A stretch of 64,000 nt of DNA from Candidatus Poribacteria bacterium (GCA_963665845.2 OY762492.1:3488001-3552000), one strand, 5' to 3'; counted from the first letter of the stretch, positions 50,601 through 61,382 are shown. Numbers and translations: made by a program. Notes: a model not told the origin generated them from the letters alone.

Positions 50601-53600
50601 TTTCTTCCCCGCCTCCAAACGGTTTTGGGCGGTACGCCGGCAGCTCTTCGGGCATTCCGCGCTGCCTTGTTTCATCCACCCTGCAGATTTCTTTGTATTG
50701 ACAGTACGCGCAGCCGGCGTCGACCGGTTTGATGATCGTCGGGTGAAACCGCCCCGCTCGGATATGCGCGTCGATTTCGGCGATGCGCGTGCGCGTGAAC
50801 AGCAGCAACCCGCTAAACTCATCTGACTGCATCATGCCTGAACGCCGGCTGGAGCCGCCCTCTAAGAGCGCGCCGACCGGCTCCTGCCCGCCGACGTCGC
50901 GCGGGTCGCCCGCTGAATAGTACGCGCCGCCGACCGGCTCCGCGCACTCTCTATGTCCAGACGCCGCCATCATATACAGGGGCAGTTGAAAATGCAGCCC
51001 CTCCAGCGTCAAGCGCGCTCTTGGCAGCCGCCCCGTTTTGTAGTCGTACACCGTAAACTCGCCCGTTTCAGGATGCTTATCGATTCGGTCGATGACGCCG
51101 CGTATGCGCATCGGCTCCATCTGACCGCGCTCAATTTCAACATACGGGAAATCAGGCTCTTTTGACAACCATGGCGCCTCGCCGAAGATCGCCTCGACAA
51201 AATGCCCGCGGTCAAAATGCTTCCCGAATTTAAAATGGCCGCCGTCCATCTCCGCGTCAATAAACCGGCGGAGAACCCCCTTCGGCTCCGTGTCGTCAAG
51301 GAGTCCACTCAACAGACCGCGCCGCCGCTCCTGCCAGTACAGGTTGCGGAAAAGAGCGTCGTACGGCCGGACGCAGTCCAGGGCGTGGCGATGCAGCTGC
51401 GTCCGAAGCCTCCGCTGCGCTTCATCGTCCATGTTCTCCGCGCGCCCCGGCCATGAGCGAAAAAAGCGCTCCAGTATCTGATGGATCAGCTTGCCGTAGG
51501 TCATCGAGTCGACGTCGGAATCGTCCTGATCCTCGCCTTGCAAACGCAAAACGCTTGCGAAGAAGTAGCGCATTGGGCAGCTCGCGTACATCTCCAGGCG
51601 GTAAGCGCTGTAAGGTTCCAGGGCGGCGCTGAGCAGCAGTTCGAGAGCCGCCGGGTTTTCGGTTACATGCCCGTCATGGACGCTCCATTCTTGGCGCGAG
51701 TGGCGCAGCCGCTCCTGTTCAATGAGGCGGGGGGCGTTGCTCTGCGGGAGGCGCAGCCGCTCATGCCCTTCCGCGTTCGCCTGTTTTCCCATTGCGATGA
51801 GGGCGTCGCGCGCGCAGAGAATCTTGGCGCGCTCATGCTCTTGAAGCGGGTCGATTTCGTCCTCCGCCTCTTCAAACAGCGCGAGCGCGTCGTCAATGAA
51901 AGGGGAGGGTTCCATTCGCTTTCCGCGTTCTCGGCGCGGATAAGTTAAGACGGCGGAGTCGGAGTTGAGCAGCGTCTGTTGAAAGAAAAAGCGGTCGGAG
52001 AGCGGCGCGCTCATTCGATCCGAAAATCGATGGACGCTGGACGGAGCCGGCGCTTCGCCTTCCGCTAGACCCAGTATAAACAGCGTGTCGAACGACAAGC
52101 CCGCCGCGTCTCGAAAGGAGAGAACCGAGACCGCGTTCATCGTTTGCGCCGAGTCGGCCGTTCGGCTCGGATCAGCTAAAGACTGCGCCAGGAAATCCGC
52201 ATACGCGCCCGCTTTGAACTCATTTCTGTCGACATCTCTGAAGACGCGGACCGCCTCGTTCATGAGGTTGTTGAAGGCTGACCATGCGCTGCGCTCCTTC
52301 GGGGCGTTTGCCGGCAAGCCGTAATCTCGGAAGAGTTGATGGAGGGCGTTGCGGGCGTCGTCGGGGTTATCGGCGTCTGAAAACGCCTGCGCCTTTTCAA
52401 CAAAACGTTCGATCTCGCTTAAATCGAAAGCGAGCTTGCGCAGTTTATCCTGGGAAATCGACTCCTCCTGTTCAAAAAAGTCGATCTCGTCGCGCGGCGC
52501 GTCGGTTAAAGACTGCTTGATGTCTTCCATCCATTTGTCGGCGTTGAACGGCGCGATGTAGAGGCCGGCGGCGCGCGCCTGCTGCGCGATGTCCCGCATA
52601 GAGAAACGGGTTCGGCGGTCGGGCATGTCGACGTCAACGCCTAGAAGCCTGGACGCCGCTTCGGATAGATCCTCTGAATGGGCGATTTCGGCGCGGGTCA
52701 GTACCTCGGACAGATCCTCGAGGTCCCATTGCTCCGAGAAGCCTTCCCCGCGCAGTTTTAAAGCGATCCGTTCTAGGAGCGTGTGCGCGAACCGTATCGC
52801 GGCAAATTGAAGGAGCGGCGCGCCGCGGCTAAAACGGGTCGGCAAGCCGTAGGACGCAAACTCGGACGCCGCCAAATCTTGATACAAGCGGAGAGACGGC
52901 GCCGCAACCGCGAAGCGCGTAAAATCTGCTTCGTCGGGGGAGGCGTTCCCTAGTTCCAGACGTATCAAACGGGCGGCTGTGCGCGCTTCATCGCGTCGGC
53001 TGGCGCAGCTCAACACGCGGAATCTGCCGTTTCCGTCGGAGGCTTCAACGCGCGCGTTTCGTTGAAAGACAGCGGCGCCGACCCGCTGCGTCAAGCTTTT
53101 TTCGCCCGACGGCGCGTTCAACTCCTCCGCCCCTAAGTCTACATGCCATTGGCGCAGCTCTTCGGTCTCTCGGCTAAGAGGAAGCGTCGCGGCAGCCGCT
53201 TCAAAGAAGGGCAACAGCGACTTGATGAGCCGTCGGTCTAAAGCGCGCAGACGGGTGAATTCATCCAACACAAGCGCCTTGGCGCGAACAGGCGCGTCGG
53301 TTCCGATATGAGCGGCGACGGAGCGCGAATCCCATAAACTTAACTGCTCCAGCGTCTCATCGTAAATATCGGCGAAGCGGGACAGGTCATGAAACGGGTC
53401 GGCATCCCCGCCGCCCATGTCGTAGAGCATATACAGCGCCTGCTTTGCAAAGTTGCGCGTTGCCGGCTCGCCGTCAAAGAGGCTCCGCTGCTGGATCAAC
53501 TTTTGGGCAAGGCTCGTTCGCGCGCTTTCGGGGATCCACCGCCGGCGCGAAGACATGCTCAAGGCGCATTCGTAGAGAAACGAGTCGACCGTCCTTACCT

Positions 53601-53793
53601 GCGGCGACCAGACGCGCCCATTAAAAGAGCGGTCGACCGCCGACTTTAAAGCCTCGCCTCTCTCCCGGCTTGGCGCCAGAAGCAGCGCGTCCAGCTGCAT
53701 GGAAGCGGGATGCTTATACCGCTCAAGCCATTTCATTAAGGCGCGCTGACGGTCGCGCTGTCGATCCGCTGTGATGAGAAGCAGGCGGTTCAT
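50590..53793 (-). CDS. AddB-like PD-(D/E)XK nuclease with Fe-S cysteines
   Basis: SCPMRYF, G.LIH, RGVIDRID, DYKTG, QLPLY, CAYC....IC. Confidence 0.9.
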   Translation of the reverse strand: MNRLLLITADRQRDRQRALMKWLERYKHPASMQLDALLLAPSRERGEALKSAVDRSFNGRVWSPQVRTVDSFLYECALSMSSRRRWIPESARTSLAQKLIQQRSLFDGEPATRNFAKQALYMLYDMGGGDADPFHDLSRFADIYDETLEQLSLWDSRSVAAHIGTDAPVRAKALVLDEFTRLRALDRRLIKSLLPFFEAAAATLPLSRETEELRQWHVDLGAEELNAPSGEKSLTQRVGAAVFQRNARVEASDGNGRFRVLSCASRRDEARTAARLIRLELGNASPDEADFTRFAVAAPSLRLYQDLAASEFASYGLPTRFSRGAPLLQFAAIRFAHTLLERIALKLRGEGFSEQWDLEDLSEVLTRAEIAHSEDLSEAASRLLGVDVDMPDRRTRFSMRDIAQQARAAGLYIAPFNADKWMEDIKQSLTDAPRDEIDFFEQEESISQDKLRKLAFDLSEIERFVEKAQAFSDADNPDDARNALHQLFRDYGLPANAPKERSAWSAFNNLMNEAVRVFRDVDRNEFKAGAYADFLAQSLADPSRTADSAQTMNAVSVLSFRDAAGLSFDTLFILGLAEGEAPAPSSVHRFSDRMSAPLSDRFFFQQTLLNSDSAVLTYPRRERGKRMEPSPFIDDALALFEEAEDEIDPLQEHERAKILCARDALIAMGKQANAEGHERLRLPQSNAPRLIEQERLRHSRQEWSVHDGHVTENPAALELLLSAALEPYSAYRLEMYASCPMRYFFASVLRLQGEDQDDSDVDSMTYGKLIHQILERFFRSWPGRAENMDDEAQRRLRTQLHRHALDCVRPYDALFRNLYWQERRRGLLSGLLDDTEPKGVLRRFIDAEMDGGHFKFGKHFDRGHFVEAIFGEAPWLSKEPDFPYVEIERGQMEPMRIRGVIDRIDKHPETGEFTVYDYKTGRLPRARLTLEGLHFQLPLYMMAASGHRECAEPVGGAYYSAGDPRDVGGQEPVGALLEGGSSRRSGMMQSDEFSGLLLFTRTRIAEIDAHIRAGRFHPTIIKPVDAGCAYCQYKEICRVDETRQRGMPEELPAYRPKPFGGGEENGG

Positions 53794-53811
53794 GTGAACG
53801 CTCCTTTTCGT

Positions 53812-54945
53812 CTATCGCCGGACGCCGCGGAACAGAAGTACCGAAGCGCCCGCAAACAGTATATTCGCAAGCCAGGCTGCAAGCATCGGAGGCAGCCGCC
53901 CGTTTTCGCCCATCGCCTCAAAAGTGGCGCTCGCCAAGCCCCAGTAAATGAAGCTGATGAGCAGCGTGGCGGGAAAGCCGATCGATACCGCGAACCGCCC
54001 AAAAAGCAGCGACAACGGAAGACTCAACATAACGCCGACCAGCAGCGTGAACGAGTACGCGATGTTGTGATGAAACTGCACCTCCTCAGCGAGCGAGGAG
54101 AAACCGATGCGCCGTTTGAAATCGGCGACGCGGCGCAGTTCGGCGAAGGTCAGCTCCTCCGGCTTGGAGGAGGAGGCGAGCAGCGTGCGCGGGTCGGCGT
54201 CCAGAACGCGCTCCTGGCGGTCAAACGGTTCAAACTTGGCGACGCCGCCGCCGCTGTATTCGCGCGTCCATCCGAAGCTCAAGAACCATTTTTGGTCGTC
54301 CCAGCGCGCCTGTTTTGCATAGATTTGGCGGGTCGGTTTGCCGTTTTCGAATTCAAAAAAGGTGAGGTTTCGGGCGATTTTGTGCGTGACGGTCAGGCTT
54401 TGGATGAAGGCGAGAGCGCCTGTTTTTTCGCGGTAGACAACCTCGCGCGCCTGCGTCGCCGTCGGTTGCATCGGGTCGATTTCGGCGGCGAGGCGGGTAC
54501 TTGGCGCCAGGATCTTGTCCGTAAAAAGAAGCGAAATGACGCAGACGGCGCATGTGAAAAGGCAGATCGGAACCGCCAAGCGGGTTAGGTTGAAACCAAG
54601 CGCGCGGAACGCGGTCAGCTCGTTGGAGCGTATCAGGCTGCCGGCGGTAAAGAAGCATGCCAAGATGCCCGAACCTGGGATCACCTCCATGACGCGCGGC
54701 GGCGATTTATACAAAAACAGAAGCCACGCCTGCTTCGCCGACCCCGCCGCTTTCATATGGTCAAGCTCCTTGTCGAACAGGCGCACAATCAGAATGAGGC
54801 AGACCCACATCAGAAAGCAGAGCAGGAACGAAACGGCAAATTTTTGAAGCGCATACCGGTCGCGCAGCGGCATCGGCAGCTTCCACACGGCGAGCGCCAG
54901 CAACGCGCACGGCAACAGAACATAAACGGCAAGGTCGAAGATCAT
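53812..54945 (-). CDS. lptG: LPS export permease LptG-like
   Basis: DRY, NELTAFRALG, YjgP/Q topology, AAWLANILF. Confidence 0.85.
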   Translation of the reverse strand: MIFDLAVYVLLPCALLALAVWKLPMPLRDRYALQKFAVSFLLCFLMWVCLILIVRLFDKELDHMKAAGSAKQAWLLFLYKSPPRVMEVIPGSGILACFFTAGSLIRSNELTAFRALGFNLTRLAVPICLFTCAVCVISLLFTDKILAPSTRLAAEIDPMQPTATQAREVVYREKTGALAFIQSLTVTHKIARNLTFFEFENGKPTRQIYAKQARWDDQKWFLSFGWTREYSGGGVAKFEPFDRQERVLDADPRTLLASSSKPEELTFAELRRVADFKRRIGFSSLAEEVQFHHNIAYSFTLLVGVMLSLPLSLLFGRFAVSIGFPATLLISFIYWGLASATFEAMGENGRLPPMLAAWLANILFAGASVLLFRGVRR

Positions 54946-56141
54946 CGCCGCGCCATCCGTATCGTGAGATAGATTCCGATTGCAAGCGGGGGAAGGTTCG
55001 GCAGCCAGACGCCCAAGCCCGCGCCGAGCCATGGCGATTCAAACAGCGGTCCGAGCATCGACCCGCCCCCGCCCTGCGACGCGCCGAGAAGCATGCCGAT
55101 GTCTTCGCCCGCGCGCAGCATGACATAATAGACGATGATGAGCGGAAGGCCGATCGCCAGCCCCGCCATGAAACCGCTTCGGCGCGTCAACGCCCCAAGC
55201 GGAATACTGACAAGCGCAAACGCGAGACATGCAAACGGGATCGACAGCTTTTTATGCCACTCGATCCATGCTCTATAGATGGAGGAGCGGAGGTACATAG
55301 AGGTGTAGTCGGAGGGGGATTCTTCCAGCCGTTTTTCCAGTTTCCCGACTTCGTTCAGGATGTCGCCCATACGCATCGCGCGGAAGCTGGTGGAGCGGAA
55401 GGTAGCCCCTCTTGTGTCGTCCTCCATCGGCAAAAAGATGGCCTGCCGGTCGAAGGTTCTCCATGCGGCGGTTTCAGGCTGGTCTTTGTCGCCCTGCTCG
55501 TAGGTTGAGCCGTTGTAAAGGGCGAGGACGGAGCGTCCGTTTGCGGTTTCTAAGGCGCCTTCTTCGGCGACGCTGAAGGTCGGAATGCCTTTTTCGTACG
55601 ACTGCCAGACGCGCACATCTTCAAGCCGCCCCGTTTTCAGATTGTCGCGTTCATACATCCAGAGTATCTTTTCTCGTTCAAAGGTGCGCATGACGGAGCC
55701 TTCCGTCAAGATAAGCGTCGGGTACTGACGGCTAATCTCCCAGCGCAGATGCGAAAATTGGCGGTTGCCCCATGGGAGCGCCAGCTCCATGACGCAGAAA
55801 TCGACCGCAAAGAAAAACAGACCCATGCAGAGCGCAAACGGAGCCAGCTGATGTACGCCGATTCCGCTCGCCTTCATGGCGGTGATTTCGCCTGAAAAAG
55901 AGAGCTGACCCAGCGCCATGAGCATGCCCGCCAGGACCGAGATCGGCATCGTCAGCGCGAGAACGGACGGAAGCGCGTAAAACACCAGCTCCGCCATATG
56001 CCAGAGCGAGACATCCTTCTGCACAAATTGCCGCGTCAGCAGAAACACCTGACGCAGAATCAATATCGTAGTGGACGCCGACAGCATGAGCGAGAAATAG
56101 AGCAGGAACTCTGCCGCAACGTAACGTATGATTAGGCGCAC
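54942..56141 (-). CDS. lptF: LPS export permease LptF-like
   Basis: IIRY, GEITAMKASG, EWHKKLSIPFAC, WLPN. Confidence 0.88.
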   Translation of the reverse strand: MRLIIRYVAAEFLLYFSLMLSASTTILILRQVFLLTRQFVQKDVSLWHMAELVFYALPSVLALTMPISVLAGMLMALGQLSFSGEITAMKASGIGVHQLAPFALCMGLFFFAVDFCVMELALPWGNRQFSHLRWEISRQYPTLILTEGSVMRTFEREKILWMYERDNLKTGRLEDVRVWQSYEKGIPTFSVAEEGALETANGRSVLALYNGSTYEQGDKDQPETAAWRTFDRQAIFLPMEDDTRGATFRSTSFRAMRMGDILNEVGKLEKRLEESPSDYTSMYLRSSIYRAWIEWHKKLSIPFACLAFALVSIPLGALTRRSGFMAGLAIGLPLIIVYYVMLRAGEDIGMLLGASQGGGGSMLGPLFESPWLGAGLGVWLPNLPPLAIGIYLTIRMARR

Positions 56142-56195
56142 GACGCTCTCAAGAACAGCCTCCTATATGCGATCGGTTCATATGCGCGCCTTTGT

Positions 56196-56951
56196 TCACA
56201 CTGGAAATTCGGCGTTGCCGGCGGTCAATCCGCCGTCGATGACAAATGCGGCGCCGGTCGCAAACGAGGATTCGTCCGACGCCAAGAACAACGCGCAGTT
56301 GGCGATGTCGTTCGGCTTGCCCAGCCTTCCGAGCGGATAGAAGCGGACGATCTCGTCCCAGATGGCGGGGTTGCGCTCCAGCATCGGTTTCCATATCTCC
56401 GTCTGAACGGTGCCGGGGCAGATCGCGTTGACGCGGATGCCATGCTTCCCCTGCTCAACCGCGAGCGAACGGGTGAACGCGACAACCCCGCCCTTCATGG
56501 CGCTGTAAATATGCAGCCCCTGCAGCCCGAAGATGCCGTTCACCGAGGCGATGTTGATGATGCTGCCGCCGCGGTCTTGCATCGCGCCGACGGCGGCCAT
56601 GGAGCAGCGGTACACGCCGCGCAGGATCACTTCGGACTGCGCCTCCCATTCATGCGCCAGCACCTGCTCGGTTCCGCAGACGGCGTTGTTGACGAGAATG
56701 TCCAGCTGTCCGTACTGTTCAAGCGCGAAGTCGAACAGCCGGCGCACTTGCTCTTCACTTGTCACGTCCGCTTTGAAAAAGGCCGCGTCGCCGCCGGCTT
56801 GGCGCGCTTCGGCGGCTGCCGCTTCGCCCCGTTCCGCGTTCAGATCGTCGATGACCACCTTGGCGCCTTCTTGGGCGAAGCGGAGCGCCGCCGCTTTGCC
56901 GATTCCCCGCGCGGCTCCCGTGACGATGGCTGTTTTGCCTTTTAAGCGCAT
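56196..56951 (-). CDS. Short-chain dehydrogenase/reductase
   Basis: TGAARGIG, NNA, YSAMK, RVNAICPG. Confidence 0.95.
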   Translation of the reverse strand: MRLKGKTAIVTGAARGIGKAAALRFAQEGAKVVIDDLNAERGEAAAAEARQAGGDAAFFKADVTSEEQVRRLFDFALEQYGQLDILVNNAVCGTEQVLAHEWEAQSEVILRGVYRCSMAAVGAMQDRGGSIINIASVNGIFGLQGLHIYSAMKGGVVAFTRSLAVEQGKHGIRVNAICPGTVQTEIWKPMLERNPAIWDEIVRFYPLGRLGKPNDIANCALFLASDESSFATGAAFVIDGGLTAGNAEFPV

Positions 56952-56963
56952 CTGATTCCCGCG

Positions 56964-57386
56964 TCAATGGGTTTGAAAAAACTCGATCACTTCGCCGCTC
57001 GGTCCGATGAAGAAGGAGATCGTGACCTTCAACGCGCCGAGATCGACATCGGTCGGCTCCATCGTCACCTTGCAGCCGGCTTTGCGGACGCGCTCGGTGG
57101 CGGCTCTCGCGTCGGTCGTCGCTAAAGCAAAGTGTATCACCGGATCGTTGACGGCATCGTCCCCTTCTGAAGGAGTCGCGCCGGTGGGCTGAAACAGCTC
57201 AATATGGCTTCCGTCGCCGGCGTCCAGCAAGACGATCTTGCGTTCAGGCGTTCCGAATTCGGCGACCAGTTTCATTCCCAGGACGTCTTGATAAAACGCC
57301 ATGGACTTGTCCCAGTCGCGCGTCTGGACAGCGATATGGTGCGTTCCGCAGCCCGGTATCGCTTCGTTCCGTGTTCCGACAGGCAT
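56964..57386 (-). CDS. VOC/glyoxalase family protein
   Basis: HHIA, FYQDVLG, IELF, HFAL, GPSGEVIEF. Confidence 0.92.
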   Translation of the reverse strand: MPVGTRNEAIPGCGTHHIAVQTRDWDKSMAFYQDVLGMKLVAEFGTPERKIVLLDAGDGSHIELFQPTGATPSEGDDAVNDPVIHFALATTDARAATERVRKAGCKVTMEPTDVDLGALKVTISFFIGPSGEVIEFFQTH

Positions 57387-57441
57387 CTTTCATGTCTCCA
57401 ATCTTGAACGCGCCCGTTTGGGGCTTCTTTTTATGTTACCG

Positions 57442-58227
57442 CTATTTTCCTTCTAAAGCCTTGCGCATTTCGTCTCCGTTGCGGGTCCACCAGCTGCGCA
57501 GGATCGCAAAATCGCTGCTGAGGTTGAAATGGCGCACGCCGATGTCGAGCCACCGCTTGGCGTCGTCGGGGGAGCCGATCTCGGCGCGGGGAGGGATTCC
57601 CGCCGCGATAGCCGAGCTGAAAACGCGCTCCTGCGCTTTCACAACCTCCGCGGCGCCGCTCTTACCGATAAGCCCAACGCTCATCGAATAATCGGAGCCG
57701 CCCCATTGAATCATATCCAGCCCTGGCAGCTCCAGAATCGCGTCCAGCTGTTCGACGGCGCCTTTCTTTTCGATCATGAGAACGACGACGATGTCGCGCA
57801 CCATCTGGGCGTAATCTTTTCCGCCGTAACCCATGTAGGTGAACCGCCGGGCGACGGAGCCGAAGGTTCCGCCGTCTTCAGGCGTGTCGGGGCGGACGGA
57901 GCGGATGCATTCCTGGGCGTCTTCAACGGATCGGCAGTCGGCAAACAGGACGCTCTGAAAGCCGGAGCCGACGGCGCGCTGCGCCAGGTATCCGCGCGAT
58001 TCCGCCTCAACTTTGATCATGAGGTCGATGTTGTGGACGTCGGCGGCGCGCGCCAGGTTGTCCAGGTCATGGGCGGTGTAGGGGGCGTATTCCCCTAAAA
58101 ACTCGACATAATCGTACATTCCCGACCGCGCCGCCAGCTCTATGACCGACGGCCAGGGGGAATTGACGCGGGTGCCTAAGGAGGGGGCATTCTCCTGCAG
58201 CAACTGACGAAGCCTGTTTTGACGCAT
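57442..58227 (-). CDS. HpcH/HpaI aldolase family protein
   Basis: YDYVEF..EY, MIEK..AV..LD.I, G..DYSMS. Confidence 0.9.
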   Translation of the reverse strand: MRQNRLRQLLQENAPSLGTRVNSPWPSVIELAARSGMYDYVEFLGEYAPYTAHDLDNLARAADVHNIDLMIKVEAESRGYLAQRAVGSGFQSVLFADCRSVEDAQECIRSVRPDTPEDGGTFGSVARRFTYMGYGGKDYAQMVRDIVVVLMIEKKGAVEQLDAILELPGLDMIQWGGSDYSMSVGLIGKSGAAEVVKAQERVFSSAIAAGIPPRAEIGSPDDAKRWLDIGVRHFNLSSDFAILRSWWTRNGDEMRKALEGK

Positions 58228-58325
58228 CGCGCGCTCCTTTCAGGAACGTATCATTGCAGTTTACGGCGGAAACGGCAAGCTGTTTCTTGGCGGGCATTCT
58301 TTACGGACGGCGATAGCGGTAAAAC

Positions 58326-58545
58326 GCGCGGGAATCTAGAGGCGCCGCAGAAGCCGCCTGCGTTCAACTCTCGGCGCCAACCTGCTGCCGTCTGAACTAG
58401 GATTTCCAAGATTGAAAAGATTGCCAAGAAATACCCGTGAGCCGCTGTCTTGGCAATCTTAATCATCCTTCAATCCTAGTTCAAAACCAAGCGCAGCCCG
58501 GACGCTCAAACCCCCCAGCCCCTCTTTTCAAGGGGGAGTCTAGAA
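58326..58545 (+). repeat. Composite repeat (REP-A end + family D palindrome + REP-B)
   Basis: TGAACTAGGATT..AAGATTGCCAAG / CTTGGCAATCTT..AATCCTAGTTCA; inverted copy at 62866-63058. Confidence 0.88.
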
Positions 58546-58586
58546 ACCCGCGCCCTACCTGCTGTCGTCAGGTTAGCCCATTACGC

Positions 58587-58615
58587 TTGACATCTCCCGC
58601 CGGCGCCTTTACAAT
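58587..58615 (+). promoter_or_regulatory. Sigma70 promoter
   Basis: TTGACA-17-TACAAT. Confidence 0.7.
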
Positions 58616-58652
58616 GCGTTTCAAACAGCGCGAAGGCGGGAGTCTGGTTTAT

Positions 58653-61382
58653 ATGAAAAAAGTTGCGGCGGCGTTCTGTTTCGTCTTCATACTTGCGCCG
58701 CTTTTCGCCAAGGACCCGATGCGCTTCAAGCGCGACATCTATCCTGTCCTGCAGGCGAAATGCATGGCATGCCACGGAGCCGACCCTGACGAACTGCGCG
58801 GCGGGTTCGACCTATCTACCCGCGCGCTGATGATCGCGGGCGGCGACTCCGGCAAACCCGCCGTTCTCCCAGGCGACCCCGACAACAGCCCGCTCTACCG
58901 CGCCGTTCAATGGCAAGACCCGCATCTGCGCATGCCCCCCAAGAAGAACGACCGCTTGACCGACGAGCAGGTCGAAGCGATACGGCTCTGGATACTGGAA
59001 GGCGCCGACTGGAATCTGAACCCGACGCCGATCAGCTGGGACGCGCCGCCGGACGCGCACGGGCGAAAGCCGATCCCAACAAGCGGCGGACTGGCGGACG
59101 AATGGACATACAGGCTTTACCGCCCCGACGACCTGTGGGCGTTTCAGCCGCTGACGCGCCCCGCTGTCCCGCAGATAGAGGGGGTTGACCATCCGATTGA
59201 CGCCTTTATACAGCGCAGATTGCGCGAAGAGGGTCTTGAAACGGCGCCGCCAGCCAGCCGAAGAGACCTCATCCGGCGCGTCTCGTACAACCTGACGGGG
59301 CTGCCTCCGACGGCGGAGCAGATCGCCGCTTTTGAACAGGACATCGAAGACGGCGCCTTCATGCGTCTAGTGGAGCGGCTTTTGGCAAGCCCTCAATACG
59401 GCGAGCATTGGGGGCGGCGATGGCTGGATGTGGCGCGGTATGCGGACACAGGCGGATTTTCCAACGATTATGAGCGCCCAAACGCATGGCGCTACCGAGA
59501 CTATGTGATTCGGGCGTTCAACGAAGACAAACCGTACGATCAGTTTGTGAAGGAGCAGATTGCGGGCGACAACATGGACGGGGGCGGTTTGGAGCCGCTG
59601 ATTGCAGTCGGTTTTCTGCGCATGGGGCCATGGGAGCAGACCGGCATGAGCGTCAGCGCCGAGACGCGCCAGTTCTTTTTAGACGACGCGACCAACAGCG
59701 TCGGCGCTGCGTTTTTGTCGATACCGCTGCGCTGCGCCCGCTGCCATGACCATAAAACAGACCCGATCCCGACGCGCGATTTTTACCGGGTACAGGCGGC
59801 GTTTGCGACGGCGCAATTTGCGGAGCGGGATGTTCCGTTTCTACCAAGTGAAAATACCGCTCGTTTTGAGGAGGGGCGTCAGCGCATTGAGGCGCTGTTG
59901 AACGAAACGAAGGCGCAGCAGTCGGCGCTAAACGCGAAGGAAGAAGAGGCGGCGCGCAAATGGATGGAGGAGCGCGGTCTGGAGTACCTCCCGTTCAAAG
60001 AGCGGCAGAAGCTGCCGAAAGACCAGAAACCGCCGCTCGCCTACGGGCTAACCTATCAAGACCTCGGAACGCGCAAGGCTCTCAACAAGCGCGCTCGAAT
60101 TCTGGCGTGGCAGCTGGATCGTTACCGCCCCATCGCGTTGAGCGTGTACGACGGGCCGACGGCCCCGACCGGCAACATCGGAGCGCGCATCCGCATGCCG
60201 GAGTCGGTCGAAGGGGAGCCGGTCGATACGTTCATATTGGGCGGCGGATCGATTCATTCGCCGGGCGAATCGGTGAATCCAGGCGCGTTGAGCGTCATCG
60301 AGATGGCGGAGGGTCCCGCCGCGTCGATGCCTGACGGGTTGAAGGGTCGGCGGCTCGCGCTGGCGGAATGGATCGCGGACGAGGGCAATCCGCTCGCGGC
60401 GCGCTCCATTGTGAACCGCGTCTGGCAGTGGCATTTTGGGCGCGGGCTGGCGGCAAACTCGAACAACTTCGGCGCGACCGGCGCCAAGCCGACACATCCT
60501 GAACTGCTGGACTGGCTCGCCTCGTATTTCATCGACAGCGGCGGGTCGTTTAAAGAGCTGCATCGTCTCATTCTTAGTTCCGAGACCTATCGGCAGTCGG
60601 CGTCAAGCCCCGATCTGGCGGAGACGCTGGCGCTGGACCCGCGGAATGAGCTGCTGGCGCGTTTCGCGTCCCGGCGTTTGACCTCCGAGGAGCTGCGCGA
60701 CAGCATGCTGCATGCGTCCGGCGAGCTGCGCATGGAGATGGGCGGTCTGCCCATTTTCCCGGAGATGAATCTAGAGGCGGCGCTGGTGCCGAGGCATATC
60801 ATGGGTTCCATCGGGCCGGCGTATCAGCCCTCTAGAACGCGCGATGAACGGCATCGCCGCTCGGCGTATGCGTACCGTTACCGCGGGCTGTCGGACCCGT
60901 GGATGGAGGCGTTCAACCAGCCGGACGCGAACGCGGCATGCGAAATGCGCGAGTCGTCCATCGTGACGCCGCAGGCGTTCGCGCTCATGAACAGCCATTC
61001 CAGCCAGGACAGGGCGCTCGCCATGGCGGCGCAGATCGAAACGGAACGGCATGAGCCGACAGGTCAAATTGAGCGCGCTTTTCAACGCGCCTTCGGACGC
61101 AGCCCGACCGACGCGGAACGGCACAGCGCCGAACAGTATCTCAAGGCGGCGGAGAAACGGCATGAAACCCGCATGCCGACGCCGTACGTCTACCCAACCA
61201 GCGTTGAGCGCGAGATGATTGAAGAGATGACCGGCGAGCCGTTTCTCTATGTCGAACGGCTGGACATTTACGAGAACTATGAAGCGGATTTGAAGCCGTG
61301 GGAGGCGCCGCCGCGGACGCGCGCGCTCGCCGACCTGTGCCTGCTGCTGCTGAACGCGAACGAGTTTATCTACATCTACTGA
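58653..61382 (+). CDS. Planctomycete cytochrome c + DUF1549/DUF1553 (PSD1) protein
   Basis: CMACH, CARCHDHK, YGEHWGRRWLDVARYADT, NRVWQWHFGRGL, HPELLDWLA. Confidence 0.93.
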   Translation: MKKVAAAFCFVFILAPLFAKDPMRFKRDIYPVLQAKCMACHGADPDELRGGFDLSTRALMIAGGDSGKPAVLPGDPDNSPLYRAVQWQDPHLRMPPKKNDRLTDEQVEAIRLWILEGADWNLNPTPISWDAPPDAHGRKPIPTSGGLADEWTYRLYRPDDLWAFQPLTRPAVPQIEGVDHPIDAFIQRRLREEGLETAPPASRRDLIRRVSYNLTGLPPTAEQIAAFEQDIEDGAFMRLVERLLASPQYGEHWGRRWLDVARYADTGGFSNDYERPNAWRYRDYVIRAFNEDKPYDQFVKEQIAGDNMDGGGLEPLIAVGFLRMGPWEQTGMSVSAETRQFFLDDATNSVGAAFLSIPLRCARCHDHKTDPIPTRDFYRVQAAFATAQFAERDVPFLPSENTARFEEGRQRIEALLNETKAQQSALNAKEEEAARKWMEERGLEYLPFKERQKLPKDQKPPLAYGLTYQDLGTRKALNKRARILAWQLDRYRPIALSVYDGPTAPTGNIGARIRMPESVEGEPVDTFILGGGSIHSPGESVNPGALSVIEMAEGPAASMPDGLKGRRLALAEWIADEGNPLAARSIVNRVWQWHFGRGLAANSNNFGATGAKPTHPELLDWLASYFIDSGGSFKELHRLILSSETYRQSASSPDLAETLALDPRNELLARFASRRLTSEELRDSMLHASGELRMEMGGLPIFPEMNLEAALVPRHIMGSIGPAYQPSRTRDERHRRSAYAYRYRGLSDPWMEAFNQPDANAACEMRESSIVTPQAFALMNSHSSQDRALAMAAQIETERHEPTGQIERAFQRAFGRSPTDAERHSAEQYLKAAEKRHETRMPTPYVYPTSVEREMIEEMTGEPFLYVERLDIYENYEADLKPWEAPPRTRALADLCLLLLNANEFIYIY

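Noticed and set aside
50601-50822. Longer N-terminus of the AddA-like ORF (also 4083-4184, 21503-21625, 54946-55032)
   Set aside because: These extensions overlap upstream genes; downstream starts fit the family N-termini and translational coupling better.
58437-58652. N-terminal extension of the DUF1553 ORF
   Set aside because: It is translated repeat and promoter DNA; the signal peptide begins at ATG 58653.
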